Assembly: GCF_006345805.1 (NCBI RefSeq)
Contig: NC_043013.1
Coordinates: 14,818,001-14,882,000 of the forward strand
Source: Octopus sinensis
Lineage: Eukaryota
DNA: 64,000 bases
Direction of reading: 5' to 3'
Made by a program: the position numbers and the translations under genes. The notes under the pieces were generated by a model. It saw nothing but the letters and a program-made list of their open reading frames with translations. It was not told the DNA's origin and made no database searches. Positions 26,061-38,748 of this stretch are shown here, piece by piece (within the stretch, counting starts at the first letter, position 1; every line of letters starts with the position of its first letter).

Positions 26061-28091
26061 CACCTGTACAATTAAGCCATTCCGGTTGACTATGGTCACC
26101 TGTACAATTAAGCCATTCCGGTTGACAATGGTCACCTGTACAATTAAGCCATTCCGGTTGACAATGGTCACCTGTACAATTAAGCCATTTCGGTTGACAA
26201 TGGTCACCTGTACAATTAACCCATTCCAGTTGACAATGGTCACCTGTACAATTAACCCATTCCAGTTGACAATGGTCACCTGTACAATTAAGCCATTCTA
26301 GTTGACAATGGTCACCTGTACAATTAAGCCATTCCAGTTGACAATGGTCACCTGTACAATTAAGCCATTCTAGTTGACAATGGTCACCTGTACAATTAAG
26401 CCATTTTAGTTGACAATGGTCACCTGTATAATTAAGCCATTCCAGTTGACAATGGTCACCTGTACAATTAAGCCATTCTAGTTGACAATGGTCACCTGTA
26501 CAATTAAGTCATTCTAGTTGACAATGGTCACCTGTACAATTAAGCTATTCTAGTTGACAATGGTCACCTGTACAATTAAGCCATTCTAGTTGACAATGGT
26601 CACCTGTACAATTAAGCCATTCTAGTTGACAATGGTCACCTGTACAATTAAGCCATTCTAGTTGACAATGGTCACCTGTACAATTAAGCCATTCTAGTTG
26701 ACAATAATATGGTCACCTGTACAATTAAGCCATTCTAGTTGACAATGGTCACCTGTACAATTAAGCCATTCTAGTTGACAATGGTCACCTGTACAATTAA
26801 GCCATTCTAGTTGACGATGGTTACCTGTACAATTAAGCCATTCTAGTTGACGATGGTCACCTGTACAATTAAGCCATTCTAGTTGACGATGGTCACCTGT
26901 ACAATTAAGCCATTCTAGTTGACAATGGTCACCTGTACAATTAAGCCATTCCAGTTGACAATGGTCACCTGTACAATTAAGCCATTCCAGTTGACAATGG
27001 TCACCTGTACAATTAAGCCATTCTAGTTGACAATAATATGGTCACCTGTACAATTAAGCCATTCTAGTTGACAATGGTCACCTGTACAATCAAGCCATTC
27101 TAGTTGACAATGGTCACCTGTACAATTAAGCCATTCTAGTTGACAATGGTCACCTGTACAATTAAGCCATTCTAGTTGACAATAATATGGTCACCTGTAC
27201 AATTAAGCCATTCTAGTTGACAATGGTCACCTGTACAATCAAGCCATTCTAGTTAACAATAATATGGTCACCTGTACAATTAAGCCATTCTAGTTGACAA
27301 TGGTCACCTGTACAATTAAGCCATTCTAGTTGACAATGGTCACCTGTACAATTAAGCCATTCTAGTTGACGATGGTTACCTGTACAATTAAGCCATTCTA
27401 GTTGACGATGGTCACCTGTACAATTAAGCCATTCTAGTTGACGATGGTCACCTGTACAATTAAGCCATTCTAGTTGACAATGGTCACCTGTACAATTAAG
27501 CCATTCCAGTTGACAATGGTCACCTGTACAATTAAGCCATTCCAGTTGACAATGGTCACCTGTACAATTAAGCCATTCTAGTTGACAATAATATGGTCAC
27601 CTGTACAATTAAGCCATTCTAGTTGACAATGGTCACCTGTACAATCAAGCCATTCTAGTTGACAATGGTCACCTGTACAATTAAGCCATTCTAGTTGACA
27701 ATGGTCACCTGTACAATTAAGCCATTCTAGTTGACAATAATATGGTCACCTGTACAATTAAGCCATTCTAGTTGACAATGGTCACCTGTACAATCAAGCC
27801 ATTCTAGTTAACAATAATATGGTCACCTGTACAATTAAGCCATTCTAGTTGACAATGGTCACCTGTATAATTAAGCCATTCTAATTGACAATGGTCACCT
27901 GTACAATTAAGCCATTCTAGTTGACAATGGTCACCTGTACAATTAAGCCATTCCAGTTGACAATGGTCACCTGTACAATTAAGCTATTCCAGTTGACAAT
28001 GGTCACCTGTACAATTAAGCCATTCCAGTTGACAATGGTCACCTGTACAATTAAGCCATTCCAGTTGACAATGGTCACCTGTGCAATTAAG
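26039..28091. repeat. 36-bp minisatellite, about 56 units, with a 555-bp higher-order repeat
   Basis: Unit ccattctagttgacaatggtcacctgtacaattaag. Seven 41-bp variants (+aatat). The variant pattern recurs at 26700, 27255 and 27810. Confidence 0.97.
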
Positions 28092-28095
28092 TCTT

Positions 28096-28306
28096 CAGCA
28101 TTTAAACTAACCATATTCAACCCAAATATTTTACCTGTTTTATGTTCAAACTGGCCAGCTCCAGCCTCTCACACCTACCCAACATTGTCATTGTAAAAAT
28201 AAGCAATTGCATCATTGAAATCTAAAAGCTACAAGATAAAGCATGGTTAAATTTAATGTGAATCAATGGCCATTACATCTGATAAATCTTAATGTTAAAG
28301 GGTTAA
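28096..28306. mobile_element. Second TTAA-ended MITE family of about 220 bp (decayed copy)
   Basis: Shared core cctctcacacctaccc and end aatg(c/t)taaagggttaa. Other copies at about 3625-3805, 24525-24720, 36885-37100. Confidence 0.65.
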
Positions 28307-28717
28307 AGTTTGAAGACAAGGAAAATGACTAGACTGTGAAGAATAGTTGCTGTGACACTTGAAATATCTGTCACAATAAGTCCCATGGGAGTCACTTGTA
28401 TAGTTAACCAGATAATACAGTGAGATGTCTTACTTAATGACTGGTGAAGTAATATCATTCTGAACTACTGTTTCCTTCTTGCTTGATGAGGCTGATATCA
28501 TCCCATGTTGATAGTTTCAGAGTTGTCATCATGTGTAGAGCCATTCAGGTCCACATGTGCTCTCCATCGCTAGCAGTCCGGTACCAGCCCCTCTGCAACC
28601 TCCAAGGTGACGTTGAGCCTCTAGAGATCTCCCCCAATCACATCCAGTCATTTGGTGTGGGAGAGCCAGCTATGAGGTCTCTTCCAGCCTGCAAAATAGA
28701 TATATAAAGAGAGGAAG

Positions 28718-29035
28718 CTGACTACAGAGGTATCAAAATTGTTGGATCAGGTGATGAAAACTATGGAAAGAGTTATAGCATAACTGATTAGATACAGTAG
28801 TTGTCCAGATGAGATGAAGTTTGACTTTGTACAAGGAAGAGGTGATGACATATTCCTAGAAGTAATAGCCAGGGGTAAGTCACAATACTGAGCATTCATC
28901 AGCCAGGAGAAAGGCATTTCTCAGGGTTCGAGGTTCTGTAGTCTGGTGGTCACTAAGGAAGCTAAGCATTAGATGAATGGTTTGTGAGAGCTATGCAAGC
29001 CATGTACAAAAGTCAATCATTATGGTAAGAGATAG
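28718..29035 (+). mobile_element. Degenerate RTE LINE reverse-transcriptase fragment
   Basis: YRGIK/LLDQVMKTMERVIA*LIR...DEMKFDFVQGRG and VWWSLRKL...DEWFVRAMQAMYK are RT N-terminal motifs of RTE elements, with frameshifts. Confidence 0.75.
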
Positions 29036-29040
29036 TAATC

Positions 29041-29300
29041 ATTATCATCATCGTTTAACGTCCATTTTCCATGCTAGCATGGGTTGGACGGTTTGACCAG
29101 GGTCTGAGAACCAGGAGGCTGTACCAGGCTCCAGTCTGATCTGGCAGTGTTTCTACAGCTGGATGCCCTTCCTAACGCCAACCACTCCATGAGTGTAGTG
29201 GGTGCTTTTTACGTGCCACTTGCACGGAAGCCAGTCAAGATAGCGCTGGCATCGACCTCATACGGATGGTGCTTTTTACATGCCACCGGCACAGGTGCCA
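29041..29300 (-). mobile_element. RTE-tail repeat (family C)
   Basis: Same diagnostic core and (cat)n end. Other copies at about 3452-3625(+), 8456-8590(+), 30933-31280(-), 33225-33486(+), 34738-35010(+). Confidence 0.85.
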
Positions 29301-29567
29301 GGGTAGGCTGGCAATATGTTCAAATTCTCACATCTTCCAACAGCAGACAAATTTTTATTTAGGTCAGCTGTGATCACATCTCCCAATAGCAGCCAAAATT
29401 TACTCAACATAGCAGTGCTTACATCTCACAACACTTGACAAACGTTACTGAAGACAGTCATTTCTACATCTTCTAACAGCAAACTTTTCACAGTGCGGCA
29501 GTGCTCAGATCTCCCTATAACAAACTTTCTCCAATCTTGACAATTTTACTAAATATTTTAAAAAAGA

Positions 29568-29661
29568 TTTTCGTCGCTTTGAGACCGCGACCTGTTCACT
29601 GACAAAACATCACACACGAAGTTTTGTCAGTGAACAGGTCGCGGTCTCAAAGCGACGAAAA
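29568..29661. repeat. Perfect 41-bp inverted repeat with 12-nt loop
   Basis: ttttcgtcgctttgagaccgcgacctgttcactgacaaaac is exactly complementary to 29621-29661. It is the core of the family at 48077-48333. Confidence 0.95.
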
Positions 29662-30490
29662 TATTTTGACAAATTATATTTAAATTTTTAAAAAAGTTTA
29701 TAGAAAAAGAGATATGGAATACAAGCTCTGGAATAGCAAATATTATTTTCATCTGTTTAACAGTGACTACTCCTTTTATGGCTTTGTTCAGAGACAGAAG
29801 AGCAATACCTGGGATTTTTTTGTCGTGGTCTCCAAAATTGTTGTGGTATTTCAGTGACAATTCATGGCTTAGAGATTAGAATTTCTTTTCTGAATGTTTT
29901 CTTTATAGTTTCACCAATATTTTTGTTGTTTTTGTTTGGCTATTCCAAAGTTTTTGTAGCTTTCTTTTAACTTTGCATCTCATTTCTGTCATCACATTTG
30001 TCAGTTGTTCATCTAAAACCTAAGTAGTTTTTGTGGTTCTTAGTTTTTCAGGCAGACATTATCTTAGTTTTATCTTCTTAGCTTTTTCTTTGTTATTTTA
30101 TTTTTTCTCACAATCAAAAAAAAAAAATCCATGAATTTCATTTCCATTTCAATTTCCAGTAGAATAATTAAATGCCATGGTCATTTGCCATTTTTATTTC
30201 TTCTCTAATTTCTAGACATTAAAATTTTTTTTTTTAAACAAAACACAATGTCAGCCATTTTGTATGAGTGCATTTTTTTTTTTTTTTCAATCTCAATAAT
30301 TCTCATTGTTCTTTCTTTTTCTATAAATTGACCTATTTTACAATATATGTCATCTGTAATAGTATGCTAATTAGAAATCCATGTTGTATTTGCATGTTGA
30401 TAATTCAGTGAAGGTGATTTAATGAAATGTTTCCGTCTTTTCTTCTCTCTCTCTCTTTATCACTCTCTTGCTCTCTCTCTGACTCATCAG

Positions 30491-30551
30491 ATAATTCAGA
30501 GAAATGTCACTGGTGTCAGAAGAATTGGAGCTCACCCCCATCTACCTCACT
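30491..30551 (+). CDS. DMXL2: DmX-like protein exon (start of C-terminal WD40 propeller)
   Basis: (ct)n...catcag / gtaag boundaries. IIQRNVTGVRRIGAHPHLPH resembles DMXL LMKRNLHNVKRMTSHPVHQY. Phase 0 in, phase 1 out. Confidence 0.93.
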
Positions 30552-32214
30552 GTAAGTCAGTCATTTCTGATTTTTGTTACTGTTTACTTTTTGCAGCTCA
30601 CAAATATATGCACACACACATATACACACTCTACTAATGTGACAATCAAATCGGCTAGTATTTCATATTCAGATCGATCCAATGATAACAGGTGTACAAT
30701 CAACTTCCTTTCCTTTTGTCCTTGTTAAAATTCAAACTCCAGTGGCATTGTCTACACTACACTACACTGCATTAGTCATACCAAGTAATACAAAACCAGC
30801 AACACACACCAACATGACTTCATCCAGAAGATAAGACCATGTTAGCCTTAGAACATTGATCACAGATTTGGAACGTTACAGTTAAAACAAACTGCAATGT
30901 ACTCACATGAAAATATGAAGAAAACATTGATATCATCATCATCATCATTGTTTAACATCTGCCTTCCATGTTGGCATGGGTTGGATGGTTTGACAGGAGC
31001 CAGCTAAGCAGAAGAATGCACCAGACTTTTATGTCTGTTTTGGCATGGCTTTTATGGCTGGATGCCCTTCCTAACAACAACCACCCCACTGAGTGGGCTG
31101 ATTGCTTTTTACATGGCACCAGCACAGGTGAGGTCAGTTTTGGCTTGGTTTTTACAGCTGGATGCTCTTCCAAATGCCAACCACTTTACAGTGTGGGCTG
31201 GGTGCTTTTTACGTGGCACCAGCACTGGCAGAGTCACCAGATAACTTGCAAGACAAGGAGCCTTTGAGAGGGGAGGGGCCAGATACAACAGATGAAATTA
31301 AAACTCAGCTGAATTTTCAATACAATATTGCATGTGTATGTGTGTGTGTACCCTTGTCTTGACCTTGTGGTGGTTGTAAATGGGTATCACTATCATATAA
31401 GTGAGGTTGCTCATTTCCAATCTTCCATGAAAAAAATGGCTGGCCATGAGAAATAATACTGTGCCTGGTAACACTTGAGGGTTAGCAGCAGGAAGGACAT
31501 CCTGCTGAAAAAAATCTGATACAACGAATTCCATTTAAGCCATGTAAGCAATGGAAAAGTAGGCTTTAAAACGGTGGTGATAATGGCAGATATAAATAGT
31601 GACTTTTTACTTTGAAGTTTCACTACTAAAATTGGTTTTAGAAAACAAAGGGTGCATTGAGAAGTTGGTTTTTAAGTAGTCATGTTTCTGCTCGACAAGT
31701 TGGTTTGACCCTGAACTCTTTCTTTTGTGTCTTATAAAAGTTGGCAATCAAACTGCTCTTCATACTTTGTATTTCTGTATTCATGGTGAGATAATGAAAG
31801 CAATGCATAGAGGTGCAGTGGTTTTGTATTATCATAAAATGAATGTAGGCGCCACTACATGGCATCTTGGAAAAGAGTCTTTTACTACAGCCCCAGGCTG
31901 CCCAAATTCTTACAAGTGGATTTGGTAGAAGGGAAACTGAAAGAAACCCATCACACAATCGCATGTGTGTGTTCAGTATCAAATTAAAAGAAGTGCTAGT
32001 GTTGTAAACATTATCAGCTGCACATACACAATGTATGTGTTTTGTTTGTTTGTCAGTTCGCTGCGGTGGGGGAGACGACTTCCTCATTACGCTGGGTGTT
32101 AAAACACCTGAGATTCATAGACAGCCTGTCTATGACTTTCAGGGAGCTATACTGCAGTGAACAAACAAAGCGCATACTTTGAGAAAAGGTGCTCGATAAT
32201 ATATATATGTGGCA

Positions 32215-32618
32215 CAGGAGTGGCTGTGTGGTAAGTAGCTTGCTAACCAACCACATGGTTCCGGGTTCAGTCCCACTGCATGGCATCTTGGGCAAGTGTC
32301 TTCTGCTATAGCCCCGGGCCTACCAATGCCTTGTGAGTGGATTTGGTAGACGGAAACTGAAAGAAGCCTGTCGTATATATGTATATATATATAAGTGTGT
32401 GTGTATATGTTTGTGTGTGTGTGTGTTTGTCCCCCTAGCATTGCTTGACAACCGATGCTGGTGTGTTTACGTCACTTAGCGGTTCGGCAAAAGAGACTGA
32501 TAGAATAAGTACTGGGCTTACAAAGAATAAGTCCCGGAGTCAATTTGCTCGACTAAAGGCGGTGCTCCAGCATGGCCGCAGTCAAATGACTGAAACAAGT
32601 AAAAGAGAGAAAAGAGTA
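32215..32618 (+). mobile_element. tRNA-derived SINE family B, full length
   Basis: Near-consensus copy of the same family. Confidence 0.88.
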
Positions 32619-32931
32619 TATGTAGCCGATACCAGTAAAACCAAGTGATATTGTAGTTGTGACCATTATTGATGTCATGTAAAGGGCACCTGTGAAATTG
32701 TAGTCATGGCTGATGCCAGTGTCATATAAAGGGCACCTGTGAGATTGTCGTCGTGCCCATGCCAGTGTCATGTAAATGGTAGCTGTGCCATTTGGAGTGA
32801 TTGGAGTTAGGAAGGCCGTACAATCCAAATCAAATCAAACTAGAACCTGGTGAAGCTCTCTGGCTTACCAGTTCCAGTCAGACTGTCTAACCCATGACAA
32901 CAAGAAAAGCAGATGTTAAACGATAATGATG

Positions 32932-32966
<35 letters not shown>

Positions 32967-33777
32967 GTGTGTGCTACTGTCTCCTAGTCTTGACGTGGTA
33001 TGGTAGTTGTAAATGAATGTCATCATCATACAAGTGTTGTCTTTTGTTTCCAGTCTTCCTTGAAAACGTGTTAGGCCAAGGAGAAATATTACTTTGCATG
33101 GAAACAGACGAGGCAAGAAGGGCATTTCGCTGTATAAGATCTGGCTTCATGAATTCCTTCCAATCCATGTGAACATGAAAAAGTGGATGTTAAAACGATG
33201 ATGATGATATTTTTTATATATATTTACCAGTGTCGCCTTACTGGCACATGAAAAAACATTTGAGCGAGGTCGTTACCAGTACCGCCAGACTGGCCCCCAT
33301 GCCGGTGGTACGTAAAAGCACCCACTACACTCTCGGAGTGTTTGGCGTTAGGAAGAGCATCCAGCTGTAGAAATTCTGCCAGATCAAGATTGGAGCCTGG
33401 CGCAGCCATCTGGTTTGCCAGTCCTCAGTCATTCGTCCAACCCATGCTAGCATGGAAAGCGGACGTTAAACGATGATGATGATGATATTTCACTTAGATA
33501 TTGCAAAACAAATGACCTTGTGTAGAACTGAACTCAACTACAAGTTCACTGTATTTGATAACCGAAACAGTTGTGAGCTACTGAAGTTCATATGATGATC
33601 GTTTATTCCTTTGTGATTTCATTTTCTTATGTGTGTGTGTGTATACACACACACACTCACATGTACATACACTCACACACAATGAAATATGTGGCTTTTG
33701 AAATGCTTGTTGTAAACACAAGACTATTGTATCGTCTGTTATTCCTTGTTTCACTAAACATGTTGTTGTTTATACAG

Positions 33778-33908
33778 ATCTGACCGGGAGCACTGATGGC
33801 AGTGTCCGCATGTGGGAGTGGGGCCATCACCAGCCATTGTCTCTGCTACGACAGCCTGGCTGTTTCTCAAAGGTCACCCGTACCCTATTCAATGCCCAAG
33901 GTAATAAG
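33778..33908 (+). CDS. DMXL2: DmX-like protein WD40 exon
   Basis: tatacag / gtaag boundaries. YLTGSTDGSVRMWEWGHHQPLSLLRQPGCFSKVTRTLFNAQGNK resembles YLTGAQDGSVRMFEW...VTRLYFNSQGNK. Confidence 0.97.
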
Positions 33909-34479
33909 GTAAGAATCACTTTCAAACTACTTTCTTCATAGTTACAATCTCTCTTGATACTGTCGCATTATGTTTACATACCTTGTTGATATGCAATAGG
34001 TTTTGCTGCTCTCTCAAAGACCAATGAAATACAATATATTCCTCAAGCAAGGGTTGGTGACAGGTAGGGCATCCAGCCGTAAAGCATTGCTTCAAATAAT
34101 CCTTGTCCAACCCATTCGAGAATTGATAAGCAGACATTGAACAATCAGTATTTAACAATTGAGAGAAAAGTTGTTGACAATGTCTTTGATATGCTTGGTC
34201 CATCCTTAATATTGCACCTTCTTTCAAACCTGGTAGAGCTGCTACCTTTGTTTAACCAAAAAAAAAGGTTTTAATGTTTTCATTGCATAGGAACAGCAAT
34301 TATGCAAGAAATTTCATTCTTTGTAATTGTTTGCATAAGGCTAAACATTTGCTACATAATTTCAAAAGACAAATCTGCCATAGGAAATTTTGCAGTGAGG
34401 AGTTTCTGACATTTTTTTTGTTGCAATTTCTGTTCACATTTCTTCACTCCTCTCTCTCTCATACACACATGCACATGTG

Positions 34480-34510
<31 letters not shown>

Positions 34511-37500
34511 ACACACACATTGTAGGCTGTTTTATGTGTGGAGAATGATTTCTATCAGTGTTCAAAAGTTAATGTTCTTTTTGTTACCACATATATTTTA
34601 ACATAACATCGGCACAAGCACTTTTACGTGGCACCAGCATGTGCTTATTATGTGGAACCCCAGTCGAACTGTCCAACCCATGCTAGCATGGAAAACGGGT
34701 GTTAAACGATGATGATGATGATGATATATTCTGTGACTGGATCGTTACCAGCATCGCCTTACTGGCACCTGTGCCGGTGGCATGTGTAAAAGATTCATGT
34801 GAGGTCATTGCCAGTGCCGCCTGATTGGCACATAAAAGCACCCACTACACTCTTGGAGTGGTTGAGTGTTAGGAAGGGCATCCAGCTGTAGAAACTCTGC
34901 TAGTTCAAGATTGGTGCCTGGTGCAGCCATCTGGTTCACCAGACCTCAGTCATTCGTCCAACCCATGCTAGCATGGAAAGCGGACATTAAACGATGATGA
35001 TGATGATGATCTGAATATTCTTATTAACAGTTTCTCTGTTCATTATTCAAAATTTGTATAATGATATCAGACATGAAATTCTGCCACAAAATTTTAAGTT
35101 TCAATTTTAGCAACTATATTTCAACACTCTACATTCAGTATTGAGCATTCTCATATTTTTCCTTTCTTTTTCACTGAGGAGTTCTTACTTTCAAATATTT
35201 TCCTTGTTATTGTAAAATCTCTGGAAAGAGTGGGTTGGAGTGTTTTTTTTTTTTTCCTTTTTCTTTTAATCTGGCATGGTTCCGACAGGTTTTGTCACTC
35301 CTCACAATCCTTCACCATCTGGCGCTCACAACATGTAACATCTGGCCAACCTTATAGTTGCTTCTGTTGTCGTTATTGTTATGTGTCTTTGTTTGTGGAG
35401 TGTGTGCATTCTATTGTGTCCCCCAGAACAGGAGATGTTGTAGCAAGCATAGAATGAGTCCCCTGTCGCTCTGTATCAATTTTTATTCTCAGATGGAGTG
35501 GGGGAACCTGAAATGTGGTTTGCAGAATCTGCGTCTTAATCATATATACTTAGACAGGCATACACACATACATATTCATATACATTAACACTCATATATA
35601 CCTGCATACACACACATATGTGCATGAGTGAGTGAGTGTATGTGTGTGTGTGCTCTCTTTTACTGTTTTCTTTCTACCTGTTGCAGCCCTTGGGTTGTGA
35701 CCATGCTGGAGTATTGCTGGTATTGTTCCTACTCTTTCTACAGCCCTTCCTCTGTAGATTTTTATTTCCTTTTTGTTATTTTGTTATGACTGAGGGAATT
35801 TGATACTGCTACCTTGTTTGTGCTTCTTGCTGCAACATATGGTCATCCAGGACCTCAAATAGTAGAATGTCCTGTTATTTCTTGACGACATTTGTATCTA
35901 CTCCATGTAAATCCCTCAGGTTTATCAGCAGGATATTGAACTGTTGTAGGCCCTTTTAACTGTAAATTATTGCAGTATTAGGTTCAAATTCTAGACAAGT
36001 AGTGTGAGAGCACCATATAAATTGCTCTGGTATCATTTCATTTCATCCAATTTCAGCTTACGAGCTGTGGCCATGCTGGGGCACTGCCATTCAGTATATG
36101 TGTTCCAGTTTAACTGCCACTGAGTCCAGTTTCACACTTCATCCCTTCAGGGTTGATTAAATGAAGTACCAGTCAAAGACTGGGGTGGATTTTATTGACC
36201 TTGCCTGGTAAAATGCTTAGCATCATTTCATCAGTCTTTATGTTCTGAGTTCAAATTCTACCAAGGTCAAATTTGCCTTTCATCTTTTCAGGGTCAATAA
36301 AATAAGTACCAGTTGAACACTGGGATCAATGCAATTGACTTACCTACTTCCCTGAAATTGCTGGCCTTGTGCCAAAATTTGAAATTATTATTATTATTAT
36401 TATTACCAAGGTGGAATTGTTAACCTGTTGGACAAACTATTTAGTGGCATTTCCTCCCTCTTTACGTACTGAGTTCAAATACTATCAAGGTCAATTTTGC
36501 CTTCCATCCTTTTGGGTTTAATGAAATAAGTACCAGTTGGGCCCCTCTCAGTAGACTGAGCATTTGTATTTGCTTTGAATAACATCTATGAATACCAAGC
36601 ACACCCTTTATTTAATTGCTGTTATGCTTTTACAAAACAAATTCTTTTTCTTCTTTTTTCTGCCGAAATATAAAGAAAAGGTCATGGTTGACAGGCGTCA
36701 GCTTGTCTGATTTTTTTGTGAATCTTTTCCAAGGGTAGAAGAAATAAAAAGGAAGAAGCAAAATATGGAGGGTATGGAAGAAAATAGAATTATTTTCTGT
36801 ATTGTTTCTTATTCAGGAGAAAGAGGCATTTCTCATGGCCTTCTTTCAAGGTTTCCAGAACCAATTTAATTGGTTGTTCCCATCCTTAGCCATTTAGTAT
36901 TTAAACTAGCCTTATCCAGCTCAGATTCTATATCTGTTATACATTCACGCTGGCTGTATTTAGCCTCTCACACCTACCCTCCAATGTCATTAAAAATAAA
37001 CAAACATATCATTGAAACCTAAACACAAAGAGTAATTCAAAATAATGTGAGTAAAAAGGTATTACATTAGACAGAATAAGCTGAATGCTAAAAAGTTTAA
37101 AGAGTTTCAGGCCTTGTGCCAATGTTATCGTGGAAAGAACTTTTATCTTACTTTTGTTATTTTTTTATTGTTCTTGGTTTGTTCTGTGGATTATCTTCCT
37201 TATTCATTCAGAAACTATTCTCTCACACTCACTAACACAAGAAATATTAATTTCCCCCACAAACAGGGAACATTGAAGCAGACAGTCTAACACACAGTTA
37301 TTAACTGATCACCCACAATCCTCAAAGGCTGCATATATACATGAATGCAAACCTATCCATCATGCTTATTCACAAGATTGAAATATCCAAGATGTTGTTT
37401 CACTTGCTCTTAGCTCTCTCTCTCTCTCTCTCTGCTTGCTCACTGACATTTCATGTTTTACACACCTCTGTTGTTTGACGTTCAACATACTACAATCTGA

Positions 37501-37569
37501 CATTGATAATCTATCGAGAAAAAAAAAAGCAACCACTGGCTGTCTTTTCTGGGTTTTATTGGTTGAGTA

Positions 37570-38072
37570 ATGGGAAATATTGAAAAGAAACATTGTGTGT
37601 GCTCGTGTGTGTTTTTGCGCATGTGCATGCGCTTGTGTGTTTGTTCACATGTATCATATGTGTGCATATGTGTGTTTGTATGTCTGTTTATGTGTGTGTT
37701 TGTGTTGTTTTGTGGGTCTGTGTTGATGTGTCTGTATATGCATATCTGTGTATGTGTGTGTGTGTGTGTGCATATCTGGTATATTAGTGTGTGTCTTAGT
37801 TTGTGTCAGTGTGGATGTATGTGTCTGTGTGGGTCTGCATCCCTGTATCTGTACATGTATATCTGTGTACGTGTCTGGCTGTGTATGTATGTGCTTCTAG
37901 TGTTTGGTGTTGTGTATACATGCCAGCATGGAAGGTGGACGTTAAATGATGATGATGTTTCTGTGTGTCTGTGTGTGGATTGTGTGTGTGTGTGTGCGTG
38001 TGTCGTGTGCTTCCGTGTATGTGATTTTGTGTGTTTGTGTCTGTGTGAGTGTGTGTGCATCTCATTCTGTGG

Positions 38073-38168
<96 letters not shown>

Positions 38169-38289
38169 TTTTGTATATACATATCTTTGTGTGCATGTAT
38201 ATGTATTTGTAGCTGTTTGTGTTTCGATGTGTCTGTGTTTCTGTATGTGAATGTGTGTGTGTGTGTCTTTGTATATGATTCTTTGTGTA

Positions 38290-38352
<63 letters not shown>

Positions 38353-38460
38353 GCATCTGTGTGTGTATGTATATGCCTCTCTATATGTATCTATATGTCT
38401 CTGTCTCCATCTGTGTGTGTGTGTATATGTCTCTATGCTATCTGTATATGTGTGTGTGTC
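37570..38460. repeat. Compound (TG)n/(TA)n microsatellite field
   Basis: Includes an (AT)n run of about 85 bp at 38077-38161. Similar fields at 47700-48030, 48330-48545, 49830-50330, 50900-51220, 63360-63770. Confidence 0.95.
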
Positions 38461-38670
38461 AATTATTGATTTCAAATTTGTTTGTTTTCCCTCTCTGCTC
38501 ATTGTGGTATTGTTTCTTTGTGTTTTGTTGTTCAGTTTCCCCAGAAGTATTTCAGATGAAAAGGTTACGAGTTCAAAATGGACCAGATATTTCTTCATCT
38601 ATCATCAGAGAAAAAAAACATTGTGTTGTATTTCATCAAAGGATTTACTTTTATTCTATTATCTTTTCAG

Positions 38671-38748
38671 TGTTGTGTCAGCGACGCTGAGGGATCAGTG
38701 TGCCTCTGGCAAGTTGGTATTGGAAGCAATTTCAATAAACCAATTATG
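38671..38748 (+). CDS. DMXL2: DmX-like protein WD40 exon
   Basis: cttttcag / gtatg boundaries. [26 protein letters not shown] resembles CGVADGEGFLSIWQV...NPKPYM. Phase 0-0. Confidence 0.95.

Noticed and set aside
26039-28091. 36-bp repeats resembling a CRISPR array by unit length
   Set aside because: Units are directly adjacent with no unique spacers, the context is a eukaryotic intron and there are no cas genes.
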